A stretch of 42,618 nt of DNA from Candidatus Eiseniibacteriota bacterium (GTDB taxonomy: Bacteria > Eisenbacteria > RBG-16-71-46 > SZUA-252): positions 1 to 42,618 of the forward strand of contig DASTSZ010000119.1 of assembly GCA_035760425.1 (NCBI GenBank), read 5' to 3'. Below, in pieces: positions 33,793 through 42,618 of this stretch. The notes beneath the pieces were generated by a model. That model did not search any database. It was not told the origin of the DNA and saw only the letters and a list, made by a program, of their open reading frames with translations. Each line of letters begins with the position of its first letter. Position 1 is the first letter of the stretch. Made by a program: the position numbers and the translations under genes.

Positions 33793-35811
33793 ATGCGGCT
33801 CCTCCGGCACATTTTTCCGCTTCTGCTGCTCGTATTCCTAGCACCCGCCGCCCGCGGGCAGTACGTCTTCCTCGACGCGAACGGCGACGGCGTGAATGAC
33901 AATGCCGATCAACTGCCGGCCTCCGGGTCGATCGACCTCGATGTCTGGTTCGTGACCGACCAGAATCGCGACGGGAGCCCGGCGGTCTGCGGCACCGATC
34001 CCACGTCCCCGATGACGATCAACACCTACGAAATCGTCCTCGACGTGCGAAACGGTGAAGTCGCGTTCGGCCCGATGCAGAACCTCCTGCCCATGAGCGA
34101 GAATCCCGTTCGATTCGCGAGCCGCGGCGACACGACCAACGCCACGACCTACCACAACGGCTGGGGCGATTACATCATTCACCCGGCGGGACGCTACCGC
34201 GTCGCGCGGCTGACGGTGAACGTTCTCAGCGGCGCGCCGTCGCTCATCTTCCGCGGACGGAGCACGCGGGAGCCGGTCGACCTCACGGCGTTCGGAACGA
34301 AGTGCTCCGGCATCGACAACGACAACACCGCGATCCTCGGCGAGGAGTTCTTCGACGCGGGCGGGATCGGGCGCCCGGCGGCCGTCGCGGCGGCGGCGGG
34401 CGGCACCTACCACGGCGTGGTGGGGCAGGAGATCCAGTTCAACGGCGGCGCCTCCGTCGATCCCGATGGCGACGGGCTGACGTACCAGTGGGCGTTCGAC
34501 GACGGCGGCAGCGGCTACGGCAAGATCGTCATGCACGCCTTCACGACCGCCGGGAACCACACGGCCACCCTCACCGTCTCGAGCCCGTCGGGCACCGACG
34601 TGGATGTCGCCCAGGTGATCGTGGGGGAACTCGCCTATCCGATCGCGGACGCTGGCGGCCCCTACCGCGGCGAAACGGGCGTTCCGGTCCAATTCAACGG
34701 CTCGCGCTCGTCCGATCCCGACGGCGATCCCTTGTCGTACGAATGGGACTTCGGCAACGGGGAACACGGCTCCGGCGCCTTGCCGCACCAGATCTACAAC
34801 GCGCCGGGCGTCTACGACGTGACGCTCGTCGTCTCCGACGGCGAGCATGGCGCGGCCGACGCGACGACCGCGACCATCGAGACGATCGTCCGGCCCGAGA
34901 ACCGCGCGCCCGTGGCGAGCGCGGGAGGTCCGTACGCGGGGATCGTGAATCGCTGGATCCAATTCAGCGCGGCGGGCTCGAGCGACGCCGACGACGACTT
35001 CCTCTCCTTCCTCTGGACGTTCGGCGACGGCTCGCAGAGCCCCGGCATCGCGCCGGTGCACGCCTATCTCGCCGCGGGCGCGTACACCGCGCACGTGGTC
35101 GTCACGGACGGAAAGTTGTCCACCTCGGCCAGCGCTTCCGTCTCGGTCGCCGCATCGTCCGCGGCCGACGCCTTCCTCGACGGCGACGAACACATCGTGA
35201 ACGTCGACGCGACCGACGAGTTCGTGGTGGTGCGGTTCGAGCCGGACGGCGGCTCGTTCGCCGCCTATGAAGTCGACGTCGACAACATCGTGCTCCGCGT
35301 CACCAAGAAGGACGACACGACGGTCGACATTCCGGCCGCCGCCCCGGCCCTGATCCAAGACGACAGCGATCACGACGGCGTGGCCGAATTCGTGAGCCGG
35401 TTCCCGCGCGCGGCGCTCCTCGATCTCGTGGAGTCGGGCGACATCCTGGGATCGACGCCGCTCGAGATCGTGGGCGGGCTCTACGCCGGCGGCGTGATTT
35501 CCGGACCGTTCCACGCCGCGATCGTCCGGTCGAACTCCTTCGACCTCACGGTCACGCCGAATCCGTTCAACCCGACGGCCCACATCATCCTGAACACGCG
35601 CGCCGACGGTCCGATGACCGCCCGCCTCTTCGACATCCGCGGGCGGCACGTGAAGACGATCCTGCGCGGCGAACCGATGCGCGCCGGACGACACGATCTC
35701 GTCTTCGAAGCGCGCGACGACGGAGGAACTCCGCTCGCGTCGGGCCTCTACTTCCTCCAGGTGACGAGCCGCGAGGGGACGAGGACCGGGCGGGTGGTCG
35801 TCGCGAAGTAA
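33793..35811 (+). CDS. secreted protein with three PKD domains and a FlgD-Ig / T9SS-type C-terminal domain
   Basis: It has a signal peptide (LLLVFLAPAARGQ). Three repeats fit the PKD type (..GGxY.G..G..[IV]QF.....DPDGD.L.Y.W.FGDG...). The C-terminus reads NPFNPTAHI..ARLFDIRGRHVKTI..SGLYFLQV..GRVVVAK. Confidence 0.9.
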   Translation: MRLLRHIFPLLLLVFLAPAARGQYVFLDANGDGVNDNADQLPASGSIDLDVWFVTDQNRDGSPAVCGTDPTSPMTINTYEIVLDVRNGEVAFGPMQNLLPMSENPVRFASRGDTTNATTYHNGWGDYIIHPAGRYRVARLTVNVLSGAPSLIFRGRSTREPVDLTAFGTKCSGIDNDNTAILGEEFFDAGGIGRPAAVAAAAGGTYHGVVGQEIQFNGGASVDPDGDGLTYQWAFDDGGSGYGKIVMHAFTTAGNHTATLTVSSPSGTDVDVAQVIVGELAYPIADAGGPYRGETGVPVQFNGSRSSDPDGDPLSYEWDFGNGEHGSGALPHQIYNAPGVYDVTLVVSDGEHGAADATTATIETIVRPENRAPVASAGGPYAGIVNRWIQFSAAGSSDADDDFLSFLWTFGDGSQSPGIAPVHAYLAAGAYTAHVVVTDGKLSTSASASVSVAASSAADAFLDGDEHIVNVDATDEFVVVRFEPDGGSFAAYEVDVDNIVLRVTKKDDTTVDIPAAAPALIQDDSDHDGVAEFVSRFPRAALLDLVESGDILGSTPLEIVGGLYAGGVISGPFHAAIVRSNSFDLTVTPNPFNPTAHIILNTRADGPMTARLFDIRGRHVKTILRGEPMRAGRHDLVFEARDDGGTPLASGLYFLQVTSREGTRTGRVVVAK

Positions 35812-35841
35812 GACTCCGAACCGCGCAAGCGGCGGCTTCCG

Positions 35842-36783
35842 CTAGCGAGCGGAGGCCGCCGCGGCCCGCGCGCGCGACCGGAGGATGAGGATGACGCCCG
35901 TGACGGCGACGCCGCCGGCGATCAGCGTGCGCGCCGTGACGACCTCGCCCCCGAGCGCCCACCCGAGGAAGACCGCGACGACCGGATTCACGAACGCATA
36001 GGTCGCCACGCGCGTCGGCCGCGTCACGCGGAGGAGGTAGGCGAAGGCCGAGAACGCGACGATCGACCCGAAGATCACGAGGTAGAGGAACGCGAGCATC
36101 GATTTCATCGAGATCGCGCCGGCATGGAAGTCGCGCCACTCCCCGAGCCCCGTGCCGAGCAGCAGCGCGAGAACCCCGCCGCAGAACATCTGCATGGCCG
36201 CCGTCTGGAGGAGCGACGGCGGATGCGACCCATCCTTCGCGAAGACCGTGCCGTAGGCCCAACCGAGCGTGGAGAAGACCATCACGACGGCGCTCAGCGG
36301 ATCGACCGCCGCCTTCGTCAGGGACTCGCCCGGTCCCACGAGGAACGCCACGCCCAGGAACCCGAGCACGAGCCCGACCGTCCCCAGCCGCGTCGGCTTC
36401 GACCAGCCTCGAAGGTAGGTCTCCATGAGGGTCATCCAGAGCGGCGACATCGCCACGAGGAGCGCGGCGATCCCGGAGGAGATGCGCGTCTCCGCCCAGG
36501 AGACGCCGCCGTTTCCCATGAGGAAGAAGCAGCCGCCGTAGATCGTCGCCGAGCGCCAGTCGGCGGCCGTCGGCCGCGTCACGCCGCCTCGCCACGCGAC
36601 CCACGCGTAGAGCAGCGCGCCGGCGAGCATGAAGCGGACCCCCACCATGAGAAACGGCGGAATGGTGTCGATCGCGAATCGGATGGCGAGATACGTGGAG
36701 CCCCAGACGAGATAGATGCACGCGAAGGCGAGCAGGACGTAGGCGGTCTTGGCCGAGGCGGGCGGGTTCGTGGCGGCGTTCAT
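35842..36783 (-). CDS. EamA/DMT-family transporter (YedA/RhaT-like)
   Basis: It has ten TM helices and VWGSTYLAIRFAI at the N-terminus. It lies 10 nt downstream of the Lrp gene, so they probably form an operon. Confidence 0.88.
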   Translation of the reverse strand: MNAATNPPASAKTAYVLLAFACIYLVWGSTYLAIRFAIDTIPPFLMVGVRFMLAGALLYAWVAWRGGVTRPTAADWRSATIYGGCFFLMGNGGVSWAETRISSGIAALLVAMSPLWMTLMETYLRGWSKPTRLGTVGLVLGFLGVAFLVGPGESLTKAAVDPLSAVVMVFSTLGWAYGTVFAKDGSHPPSLLQTAAMQMFCGGVLALLLGTGLGEWRDFHAGAISMKSMLAFLYLVIFGSIVAFSAFAYLLRVTRPTRVATYAFVNPVVAVFLGWALGGEVVTARTLIAGGVAVTGVILILRSRARAAAASAR

Positions 36784-36793
36784 GCGGGAGACC

Positions 36794-37294
36794 CTAGCGC
36801 GGCCGTTTCCGGCGCGCCCTCCGTTCCTTGCCTTCGAATTCGGCGCCGGTGGGGATGGGGGCGTGCTCCTTCACCGTGGAGAGGACGATCGTCGTGCGCG
36901 TCGAGCGGATGCTCTTGATCGTGCCGATCCCGTCGCGCAGGAGCGCGCCGAGGGCCTCGGTGCCCGCCACGCGGACCTTCACGAGGTAGCAATCCTCGCC
37001 GGCGACCTGATGCACTTCCTGGACCTCGGGGAGCCGCGCGATCTCCCGTCCCGCCTCGAGCCCGCCGATCCGCTCCTCGGCGTGGACGAAGACGAACGCG
37101 ACGAGACCCGCGTCGAGCGCGCTCGGATCGATCCTGGGTTCGTAGCCGCGGATGATCCCGGTTCGCTCGAGCTTCCGGATCCGCTCGAGGATGGCGGAGG
37201 GGGCGAGGCCGATCCGGCGCGCGATCTCGGAATTGGGCGTGCGCGCGTTTTCCTGGAGGATGGCGAGAATGGCGCGATCGGACGGGTCAAGCAT
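36794..37294 (-). CDS. Lrp/AsnC-family transcriptional regulator
   Basis: It has LDPSDRAILAILQENARTPNSEIARRIGLAPSAILERIRKLERTGII (HTH_AsnC) plus a RAM domain. The ATG at 37294 lies 9 nt after GGGAGG. Confidence 0.9.
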   Translation of the reverse strand: MLDPSDRAILAILQENARTPNSEIARRIGLAPSAILERIRKLERTGIIRGYEPRIDPSALDAGLVAFVFVHAEERIGGLEAGREIARLPEVQEVHQVAGEDCYLVKVRVAGTEALGALLRDGIGTIKSIRSTRTTIVLSTVKEHAPIPTGAEFEGKERRARRKRPR

Positions 37295-37465
37295 CGGTGG
37301 AACCTCCCTCAAACAGAAGTTTATTCATGCATATTATCGAATTCAAGACGATTATTCGGTCGAGGAGGCTCCCCGGCTCCCCGAATTCGCGGTCCGATCG
37401 GCGGCCCGGCGTCGTAGACTCCTGCAGAGGCGCGGTCGGATCCGCGCCGAAGGAGGTCTCTCTCG

Positions 37466-37879
37466 ATGTTCGTCCTGCTCCTCGTCACCACGCTCGGCGT
37501 CGCGCTGCTCACGTCAGGCATCGTCGTCCTCTTCTTCAAGAAGCCGATCCGCCAGATCCTCGACCGCATCATCGGCGAGGAGATCGCGGAGGGCTGGCAG
37601 CGATTCCTCCTCTTCGCCGTCTACGTGGTCGGCGTCTCCTCCGGGGTCCAGATTTGGAAACTGGAGCAGTACGTCCACCCGCAGCCGACCGGGCCCGACG
37701 GCCGCCAGGTCACGCTCACGCTCGACGCGCCGTCGATGGCGCTCGAGGTCTACCGGACGATCATCCAGGTCTTGCAGGGCATCGCCTGGGCGCTCCTCGT
37801 CTTCTTCGTGGTGGCGCTCATCGCGTTCGCCATCACGCGGCGCGCGGAGGTGAAGCGGGGCGAGGGAGGCGCGAAGTGA
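37466..37879 (+). CDS. hypothetical small membrane protein (3 TM)
   Basis: A GAAGGAGG precedes the ATG. It has three hydrophobic helices and high third-position GC. Confidence 0.7.
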   Translation: MFVLLLVTTLGVALLTSGIVVLFFKKPIRQILDRIIGEEIAEGWQRFLLFAVYVVGVSSGVQIWKLEQYVHPQPTGPDGRQVTLTLDAPSMALEVYRTIIQVLQGIAWALLVFFVVALIAFAITRRAEVKRGEGGAK

Positions 37880-38004
37880 CGCGCGCCAGCCGCCGCGCGG
37901 GCGCGGGCCTCCTCCTCCTCGCGCTCCTGGGCGCCGCCTTCCTGGCGAGCTGGATGGCCGCAAACGGCGAAGCGCCCTGCGGATGGGGGATCTTCAACCC
38001 CTGA
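37876..38004 (+). CDS. possible 42-aa membrane/secreted micro-protein
   Basis: The GTG overlaps the upstream stop (GTGA), as in other coupled genes here. The sequence is VTRASRRAGAGLLLLALLGAAFLASWMAANGEAPCGWGIFNP. About 39 of 42 codons end in G/C. Confidence 0.4.
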   Translation: MTRASRRAGAGLLLLALLGAAFLASWMAANGEAPCGWGIFNP

Positions 38005-38090
38005 AGGGACGGCCGACGGCGGCCCGCGGCGGCTCGCCGGCCGATCGCGCGGAAACCGGGGGCCGGCGCCGCGCGTAGTATGGGAAAGCC

Positions 38091-38720
38091 ATGAACCTCG
38101 GAACGATCGGACTCCTGCTCGGCGCGTCGTTCGCCTCGGGCATCAACCTCTACGCGACCGTCGCGACGCTGGGGCTCCTGCACCGCTTCGAGATCGTCGC
38201 GCTCCCGCCTTCGCTCGCCGTGCTCTCGCACCCCGTCGTCCTCGCGCTCGCCGTCGCGCTCTATCTCGTCGAGTTCGTGGCCGACAAGATCCCCGCCGTC
38301 GATCACGTCTGGGACGCGGTGCACACGTTCGTGCGTCCGCCGGCCGCGGCCCTTCTCGCCTACGCGGCGGTGGCGCCCGCCGCGAGCGGCGTCCCCGAGG
38401 TCTGGCGGATCGCCGCGGCGCTCATCGCGGGCTCCATCGCCCTGACCGCGCACTCCACGAAAGCCGCCACGCGCGGCGCCGTGAACGCGAGCCCCGAGCC
38501 CTTCAGCACGGCGGCGGTCAGTTTCGCGGAGGATCTCCTCGCCATCGGCCTCTCCTGGCTCGCCGTCACGCACCCGGCCGTCGCCATCGGCGTCGTGGCG
38601 CTGCTCCTGATCGTCTCGATCGCGATCCTCGTCGTCCTCTTCCGCTTCGTGCGCGCCGTCTGGCGCCGCATGTTCGGCCGACGCGCCGACCCACCAAACG
38701 GAACGCCCGCCCCGGCCTGA
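38091..38720 (+). CDS. DUF4126-family membrane protein
   Basis: It has SGINLYATVATLGLL.. and LVEFVADKIPAVDHVWD..T.VRPPA blocks, as in DUF4126. Confidence 0.8.
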   Translation: MNLGTIGLLLGASFASGINLYATVATLGLLHRFEIVALPPSLAVLSHPVVLALAVALYLVEFVADKIPAVDHVWDAVHTFVRPPAAALLAYAAVAPAASGVPEVWRIAAALIAGSIALTAHSTKAATRGAVNASPEPFSTAAVSFAEDLLAIGLSWLAVTHPAVAIGVVALLLIVSIAILVVLFRFVRAVWRRMFGRRADPPNGTPAPA

Positions 38721-38724
38721 GCCG

Positions 38725-38748
38725 GAGCGGGCGTTCTCGACGCCGCTC
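38725..38748 (+). terminator. terminator-like hairpin after the DUF4126 gene
   Basis: GAGCGGGCG-ttctcga-CGCCGCTC forms an 8-bp stem with one bulged G and is followed by gaTTccTgaTTc. Confidence 0.35.
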
Positions 38749-38802
38749 GATTCCTGATTCGCCGCGCGATCGCGCGGGCCCCGCGGCTCTCGCTGCGCGC
38801 CG

Positions 38803-40611
38803 CTATCCCTCCGCGGGCTTCCGCTTCGTATGGTCGAGCACACGCTTCCGAACGCGAATCGCGTCGGGCGTCACTTCGACCAGCTCGTCGTCGTTGATCC
38901 ACTCGATGGCCGTCTCGATCGTCAGTTCGCGCGGCGGGGTGAGCATCATCCCCTTCTCGGAGCCCGAGGCGCGCATGTTCGTCAGGTGCTTCTTCCGGCA
39001 GGTCTGGACCACCATGTCGCCGTCCTTCCCCTGCTCGCCGGCCACCTGCCCCGCGTAGACCTTCTCCGTCGGTTTCACGAAGAAGATGCCGCGATCGTCG
39101 AGCGCGTCGAGCGCGTAGGCGGTCACGTCGCCGCCCTCCTTCACGATCATGGCGCCGCGCTTGCGGTTGGGAAGAGCGCCGCGGTGCGGGCCGTACTGGT
39201 CGAACATGTGGTTGAGGAGCCCGGTCCCCTTCGTGAGCGTCAGGAACTCGGTGCGGAATCCGAGGAGGCCGCGCGAGGGGATGGAGAACTCCATGCGCGC
39301 GCGGTCGCCGTGCTTGCCCAAGTGCTGCAGTTCGCCCCGCCGTTCGCCCAAGGCCGCGATGACCGCGCCCGTGTAGGCCTGGTCGCAGTCGATCACCAGC
39401 TCTTCGTACGGCTCCAGCAACGCGCCCTTCTCGTCGCGATGGAAGATCACCTGTGGGCGGCCGAGCGCGAACTCGAAGCCCTCGCGGCGCATCGTCTCCG
39501 CCAGGATCGAGAGCGAGAGCTCGCCACGTCCGAGCACCATGAAGGAGTCGGTCTCGGGATGGCGCTCCATCCGTAGCCCCACGTTCCGCTCCAGCTCTCG
39601 CTCCAACCGCTCGAGAATGTGACGGCTCGTGAGGTACTTGCCGGAGAGCCCCGCGAAGGGCGAATCGTTCACGCGGAACTCCATCGAGAGCGTCGGCTCG
39701 TCGACGCGGATCCCCGCGAGCGGCGCCATGTCCTCGGGATCGAGAATGGTCTGGCCGATCTCGATCTTGGGGAAGCCGGAGAGCACCACGATGTCGCCGG
39801 CGGCCGCCTGCTCCACCTCGACCCGCTGGATCCCCTCGAAGAGATAGATCTTCCCGACGCGGCCCTTCTCGACGAGGAGTCCGTCGGGCTTCACGGCCGC
39901 GAGCGGCGTGGCGCGCGTCAACTCGCCGGACTGGATGCGGCCGACCGCGAGCCGGCCGAAGTAGTCGGAGTAGTCGATGTTCGCCACGATCATCTTGAAC
40001 GGGCGGTCCTCGATGACCGGCGGCGGCACGATCGACATGATCGTGTCGAGGAGCGGGCGGAGATCGCCGCTCGTGGCCTTCGGATCCTTCGAAACGAAGC
40101 CGAGGCGGCCCGATCCGTAGAGGACGGGGAACTCCAGGTGATCGTCGTGCGTCGCGAGCGACAGGAAGAGATCGTGGATCTCCTCCTCCACTTCCAGCGG
40201 GCGCGCGTCGGCGCGGTCGATCTTGTTGATGAGGACGATCGGCCGCTTCCCGCTCTCGAGCGCCTTCTTCAGCACGAAGCGCGTCTGGGGAAGGGGGCCC
40301 TCGGCGGCGTCGACGAGCAGGAGCACGCCCTCCACCATCGTGAGGATCCGCTCGACCTCCGAGCCGAAGTCGCGGTGGCCAGGCGTGTCGACGATGTTGA
40401 TCACCGTCTCGCCGAACCGGATGGCCGTGTTCTTCGCGAGAATCGTGATGCCGCGTTCGCGCTCCAGGTCCCCGGAGTCCATGACGCACTCGGCGACGTG
40501 CTGGTTCTCGCGGAAGGTCCCGCTCTGGCGGAGCAGGGCGTCCACGAGGGTGGTCTTGCCATGGTCGACGTGCGCGACGATGGCGATGGCGCGACGATCG
40601 GTTCTTTTCAT
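38803..40611 (-). CDS. typA: translational GTPase TypA/BipA
   Basis: It has [10 protein letters not shown] (G1), DTPGHRDF (G3) and NKIDR (G4), and it follows the BipA pattern along its whole length. The start is ATG 40611 ([12 protein letters not shown]..) or ATG 40623. Confidence 0.95.
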   Translation of the reverse strand: MKRTDRRAIAIVAHVDHGKTTLVDALLRQSGTFRENQHVAECVMDSGDLERERGITILAKNTAIRFGETVINIVDTPGHRDFGSEVERILTMVEGVLLLVDAAEGPLPQTRFVLKKALESGKRPIVLINKIDRADARPLEVEEEIHDLFLSLATHDDHLEFPVLYGSGRLGFVSKDPKATSGDLRPLLDTIMSIVPPPVIEDRPFKMIVANIDYSDYFGRLAVGRIQSGELTRATPLAAVKPDGLLVEKGRVGKIYLFEGIQRVEVEQAAAGDIVVLSGFPKIEIGQTILDPEDMAPLAGIRVDEPTLSMEFRVNDSPFAGLSGKYLTSRHILERLERELERNVGLRMERHPETDSFMVLGRGELSLSILAETMRREGFEFALGRPQVIFHRDEKGALLEPYEELVIDCDQAYTGAVIAALGERRGELQHLGKHGDRARMEFSIPSRGLLGFRTEFLTLTKGTGLLNHMFDQYGPHRGALPNRKRGAMIVKEGGDVTAYALDALDDRGIFFVKPTEKVYAGQVAGEQGKDGDMVVQTCRKKHLTNMRASGSEKGMMLTPPRELTIETAIEWINDDELVEVTPDAIRVRKRVLDHTKRKPAEG

Positions 40612-40804
40612 CACGGTAATCATAGCCCACGAGTGTAGCACAGATGGTCAACCCGCTGCGGTCCTATTGGTTGGCCCCGAGGTTGTGAAATTTTTCCCGC
40701 AACCGGGGCCGCCCTCCTGAATCGAAAGCGTTGGTGCCCGGTTCTCGAAACCGCCGGGGGCACCCAGCAGAGCCAATCCATTCAACCACTTAGAGGAGAC
40801 CATC

Positions 40805-41392
40805 ATGAAGAAGGGATTCTTGGCGGTGATGCTCGCACTACTCGTCCTTCCGGCCGCGGCGCACGCGCAGCGCGATCTCTCCGGCAAACTGGCGCTCGGC
40901 TATTGGGATCCCGAAGCGCCGATCGGCGGCCGTTACGTGATTTCGCCGCGCGCCGCCGTCGACATCGGCTTCGGCTTCGCCCAGCAGTACATCGGCGACG
41001 ACCCCACCACGGCGGCGGCCAACGACGACAAGAAGAACATGCAGCTCCACATCGCCGCGGGCGTTCCGCTGACGCTCGTGAGCCGAGACAAAGTGAACTT
41101 CTTCTTCCGCCCCGGCTTCCTGTTCAAGTTCATCCCGACCTACAACCGCCCGACGGCGCTCGATCCCTACGAGAAGAAGACCGAAACGGAGACCGAGATC
41201 ACCGGCATCCTGGGCGCCGAGTGGTTCGCCACCGACGATCTGTCCTTCTCGGTCGGACACGGTCTCAAGCTGACCTCGAGCAAGGGCGTCTCGGCCAACG
41301 ACACGACCACCGGCGATCTCGAATCGCAGAGCTTCCTGAGCGGGCTCGAAGCGCTCGACATCACGGCGGTCGGCTTCCACTTCTACTTCTAA
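40805..41392 (+). CDS. small outer-membrane beta-barrel protein
   Basis: It has a signal peptide (LLVLPAAAHAQ), alternating hydrophobic beta-strand patterns, and a C-terminal ..GFHFYF. A GAGGAG precedes the ATG. Confidence 0.8.
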   Translation: MKKGFLAVMLALLVLPAAAHAQRDLSGKLALGYWDPEAPIGGRYVISPRAAVDIGFGFAQQYIGDDPTTAAANDDKKNMQLHIAAGVPLTLVSRDKVNFFFRPGFLFKFIPTYNRPTALDPYEKKTETETEITGILGAEWFATDDLSFSVGHGLKLTSSKGVSANDTTTGDLESQSFLSGLEALDITAVGFHFYF

Positions 41393-41438
41393 CGCGAACC
41401 CGATTCGGGTCCCACGGGGCCTGAACGGAGCTCCCCAC

Positions 41439-41467
41439 GGGGCGGCGCGCCGCGAGGCGCCCGCCCC
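41439..41467 (+). terminator. terminator-like GC hairpin after the OM beta-barrel gene
   Basis: GGGGCGGcGCGCC-gcga-GGCGCCCGCCCC forms a 12-bp stem with one bulge and is followed by gctcgcgTTTcgg. Confidence 0.45.
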
Positions 41468-41684
41468 GCTCGCGTTTCGGGGAACCCGCGCGGCCACGTC
41501 CTCGCCTACCGCGCCATCCATACGAACTCTAGCCCCTCCGTCGCCCGCGTCCCGGCACGCGCTACCACCCCCGGACCATCGTCCCTCGCGCCCCTCGGTG
41601 CCGTATGCTGAACGTGCCGCTCCCCGCGTCGCGGCGAGCGGCTCTACCTGCGAATCGAAGGCCCTTCGGGGCGGGAGGTGTTCC

Positions 41685-42458
41685 ATGAACGGACGGCTCG
41701 AGGGAAAGGTCGCCCTCGTGACGGGCGGATCGCGCGGCATCGGCGCCGCGACGTGCGTGAAGATGGCGCGCGAGGGCGCCTCGGTCGTGGTCGCGGACGT
41801 CATCGACGGCGAAGGCGAGGCGTTGGCCGCGTCGATCGCGAAGTCGGGCGGGAAGGCGCGATACGTTCATCTCGACGTCGCCTCCGAAGCCGACTGGGCG
41901 TCGGCCGTGCGCGGCACGCTCCAGGCATTCGGCGCGCTCCACGTGCTCGTGAACAACGCCGGCATCGCGAGCCTCGAGGACGTGGAGCAGGAGACGCTCG
42001 CGGGCTACCAGCGAATCCTGAACGTGAACCAGATCGGGGCCTGGCTCGGCATGAAAGCGGCCGTGCCGCACCTGCGGGCCGCCGGCGGCGGCGCCATCGT
42101 GAATATCTCCTCGATCTACGGCGCCGTAGGTGGCAACGGCGGGTCGATCGCGTATCATGCGACCAAGGGGGCCCTCCGCCAGATGACCAAGAACGCCGCG
42201 ATCCGGTACGCGCCGGACAAGATTCGCGTCGTGTCGGTCCATCCCGGCTTCATCGAGACCCCCATGGTCGCGCCGTTTATCGCGAAGACGGGGTCGGAGC
42301 CGAATCCGATGCTCACGTTCATCCTCGAGCACACGCCGCTCGCCCGCATGGGCCGCTCGGAGGAAGTCGCGAACGTGATCACGTTTCTCGCGAGCGACGA
42401 AGCGTCGTACATGACCGGCTCGGAGGTGTTCGTGGACGGCGGCTGGACCGCCGCCTGA
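41685..42458 (+). CDS. SDR-family oxidoreductase
   Basis: It has TGGSRGIG, NNAG and S..YHATK (the catalytic YxxxK). A GGGAGG lies 6 nt before ATG 41685. Confidence 0.9.
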   Translation: MNGRLEGKVALVTGGSRGIGAATCVKMAREGASVVVADVIDGEGEALAASIAKSGGKARYVHLDVASEADWASAVRGTLQAFGALHVLVNNAGIASLEDVEQETLAGYQRILNVNQIGAWLGMKAAVPHLRAAGGGAIVNISSIYGAVGGNGGSIAYHATKGALRQMTKNAAIRYAPDKIRVVSVHPGFIETPMVAPFIAKTGSEPNPMLTFILEHTPLARMGRSEEVANVITFLASDEASYMTGSEVFVDGGWTAA

Positions 42459-42499
42459 GCGAACCCGGGCCTCACTCCAAGGAAGGAGGAGTCCCGCCC

Positions 42500-42618
42500 A
42501 TGCTCGGATCCCTTTCGCGCACCGTCGTTCTACTCGCACTCGTGGGAACGCTCGGCGCCGGTTGCGCCGCCGTTCCCGCGCAGCACATCGGCGTCATCGA
42601 GTCGTTCGGCAAGATCTA
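42500..42618 (+). CDS. 5' fragment of a lipoprotein (possibly SPFH/band-7-like); 3' end lies outside the window
   Basis: A GGAAGGAGGAG lies 8 nt before the ATG. The sequence MLGSLSRTVVLLALVGTLGAGC carries a lipobox and is followed by AAVPAQHIGVIESFGKI. The frame is open to the window end, so it is absent from the ORF track. Confidence 0.55.
   Translation, partial: MLGSLSRTVVLLALVGTLGAGCAAVPAQHIGVIESFGKI

Noticed and set aside
33838-35694. A 618-aa ORF lies antisense to the PKD protein gene. Similar cases are 38360..40651 antisense to typA, 28010..29164 and 29442..30614 antisense to the kinase and activator, and 30927..32438.
   Set aside because: The reasoning is the same. The composition is shadow-frame and the opposite or alternative frame has strong family motifs.
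40755-40772. A GGGGCACccagcagaGC box lies upstream of the OM beta-barrel gene.
   Set aside because: The GG-to-GC spacing is one nucleotide too long (N11 instead of N10), which sigma-54 promoters do not tolerate. The GGGCACC is the 3' arm of a hairpin.

Overview
The window is very GC-rich (roughly 70% by eye) and densely coding. It looks like chromosomal DNA from an uncultivated bacterium. Three secreted proteins end in FlgD-Ig / T9SS-type C-terminal sorting domains, which points (by inference) to the FCB/Gemmatimonadota-Eisenbacteria neighbourhood. I support 43 CDSs, two of them truncated at the window edges. I found no rRNA, tRNA, CRISPR array, transposase or integrase. Most long ORFs in the six-frame track are Arg/Gly/Pro-rich shadow frames of real genes. 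Many operons are coupled by 4-nt ATGA/GTGA overlaps. Recognisable content includes a tandem tryptophanase-like fusion, MsrA, a six-haem cytochrome and proline dehydrogenase. It also includes three DinB-fold proteins, an fRMsr-like GAF protein and a flavoprotein/4Fe-4S membrane fusion with a methyltransferase, a TauE permease and a cytochrome c. A cytokinin-dehydrogenase-like flavoenzyme with an SCP2 protein is present, as are Hsp20 and a PAS kinase with a sigma-54 activator. The rest comprises a Cys-substituted pseudo-receiver with a membrane PP2C phosphatase, two EamA transporters, Lrp, TypA/BipA, a small OM beta-barrel and an SDR. The most interesting observations are these: (1) a multihaem cytochrome that carries a T9SS-type export domain; (2) a 900-aa tandem beta-eliminating lyase whose N-terminal half looks degenerate; (3) a redox/methylation/export operon built around a circularly permuted flavoprotein, flanked by two copies of a TRCTTT-N7-AAAGTA palindrome next to a wHTH regulator; (4) several well-placed sigma-54 -24/-12 boxes, including one in front of hsp20 that sits divergent to a Cys-rich PAS kinase / NtrC-type pair; (5) a 480-bp highly structured convergent intergenic region that I could not assign. 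All functional calls rest on motifs read by eye, and no database search was run.
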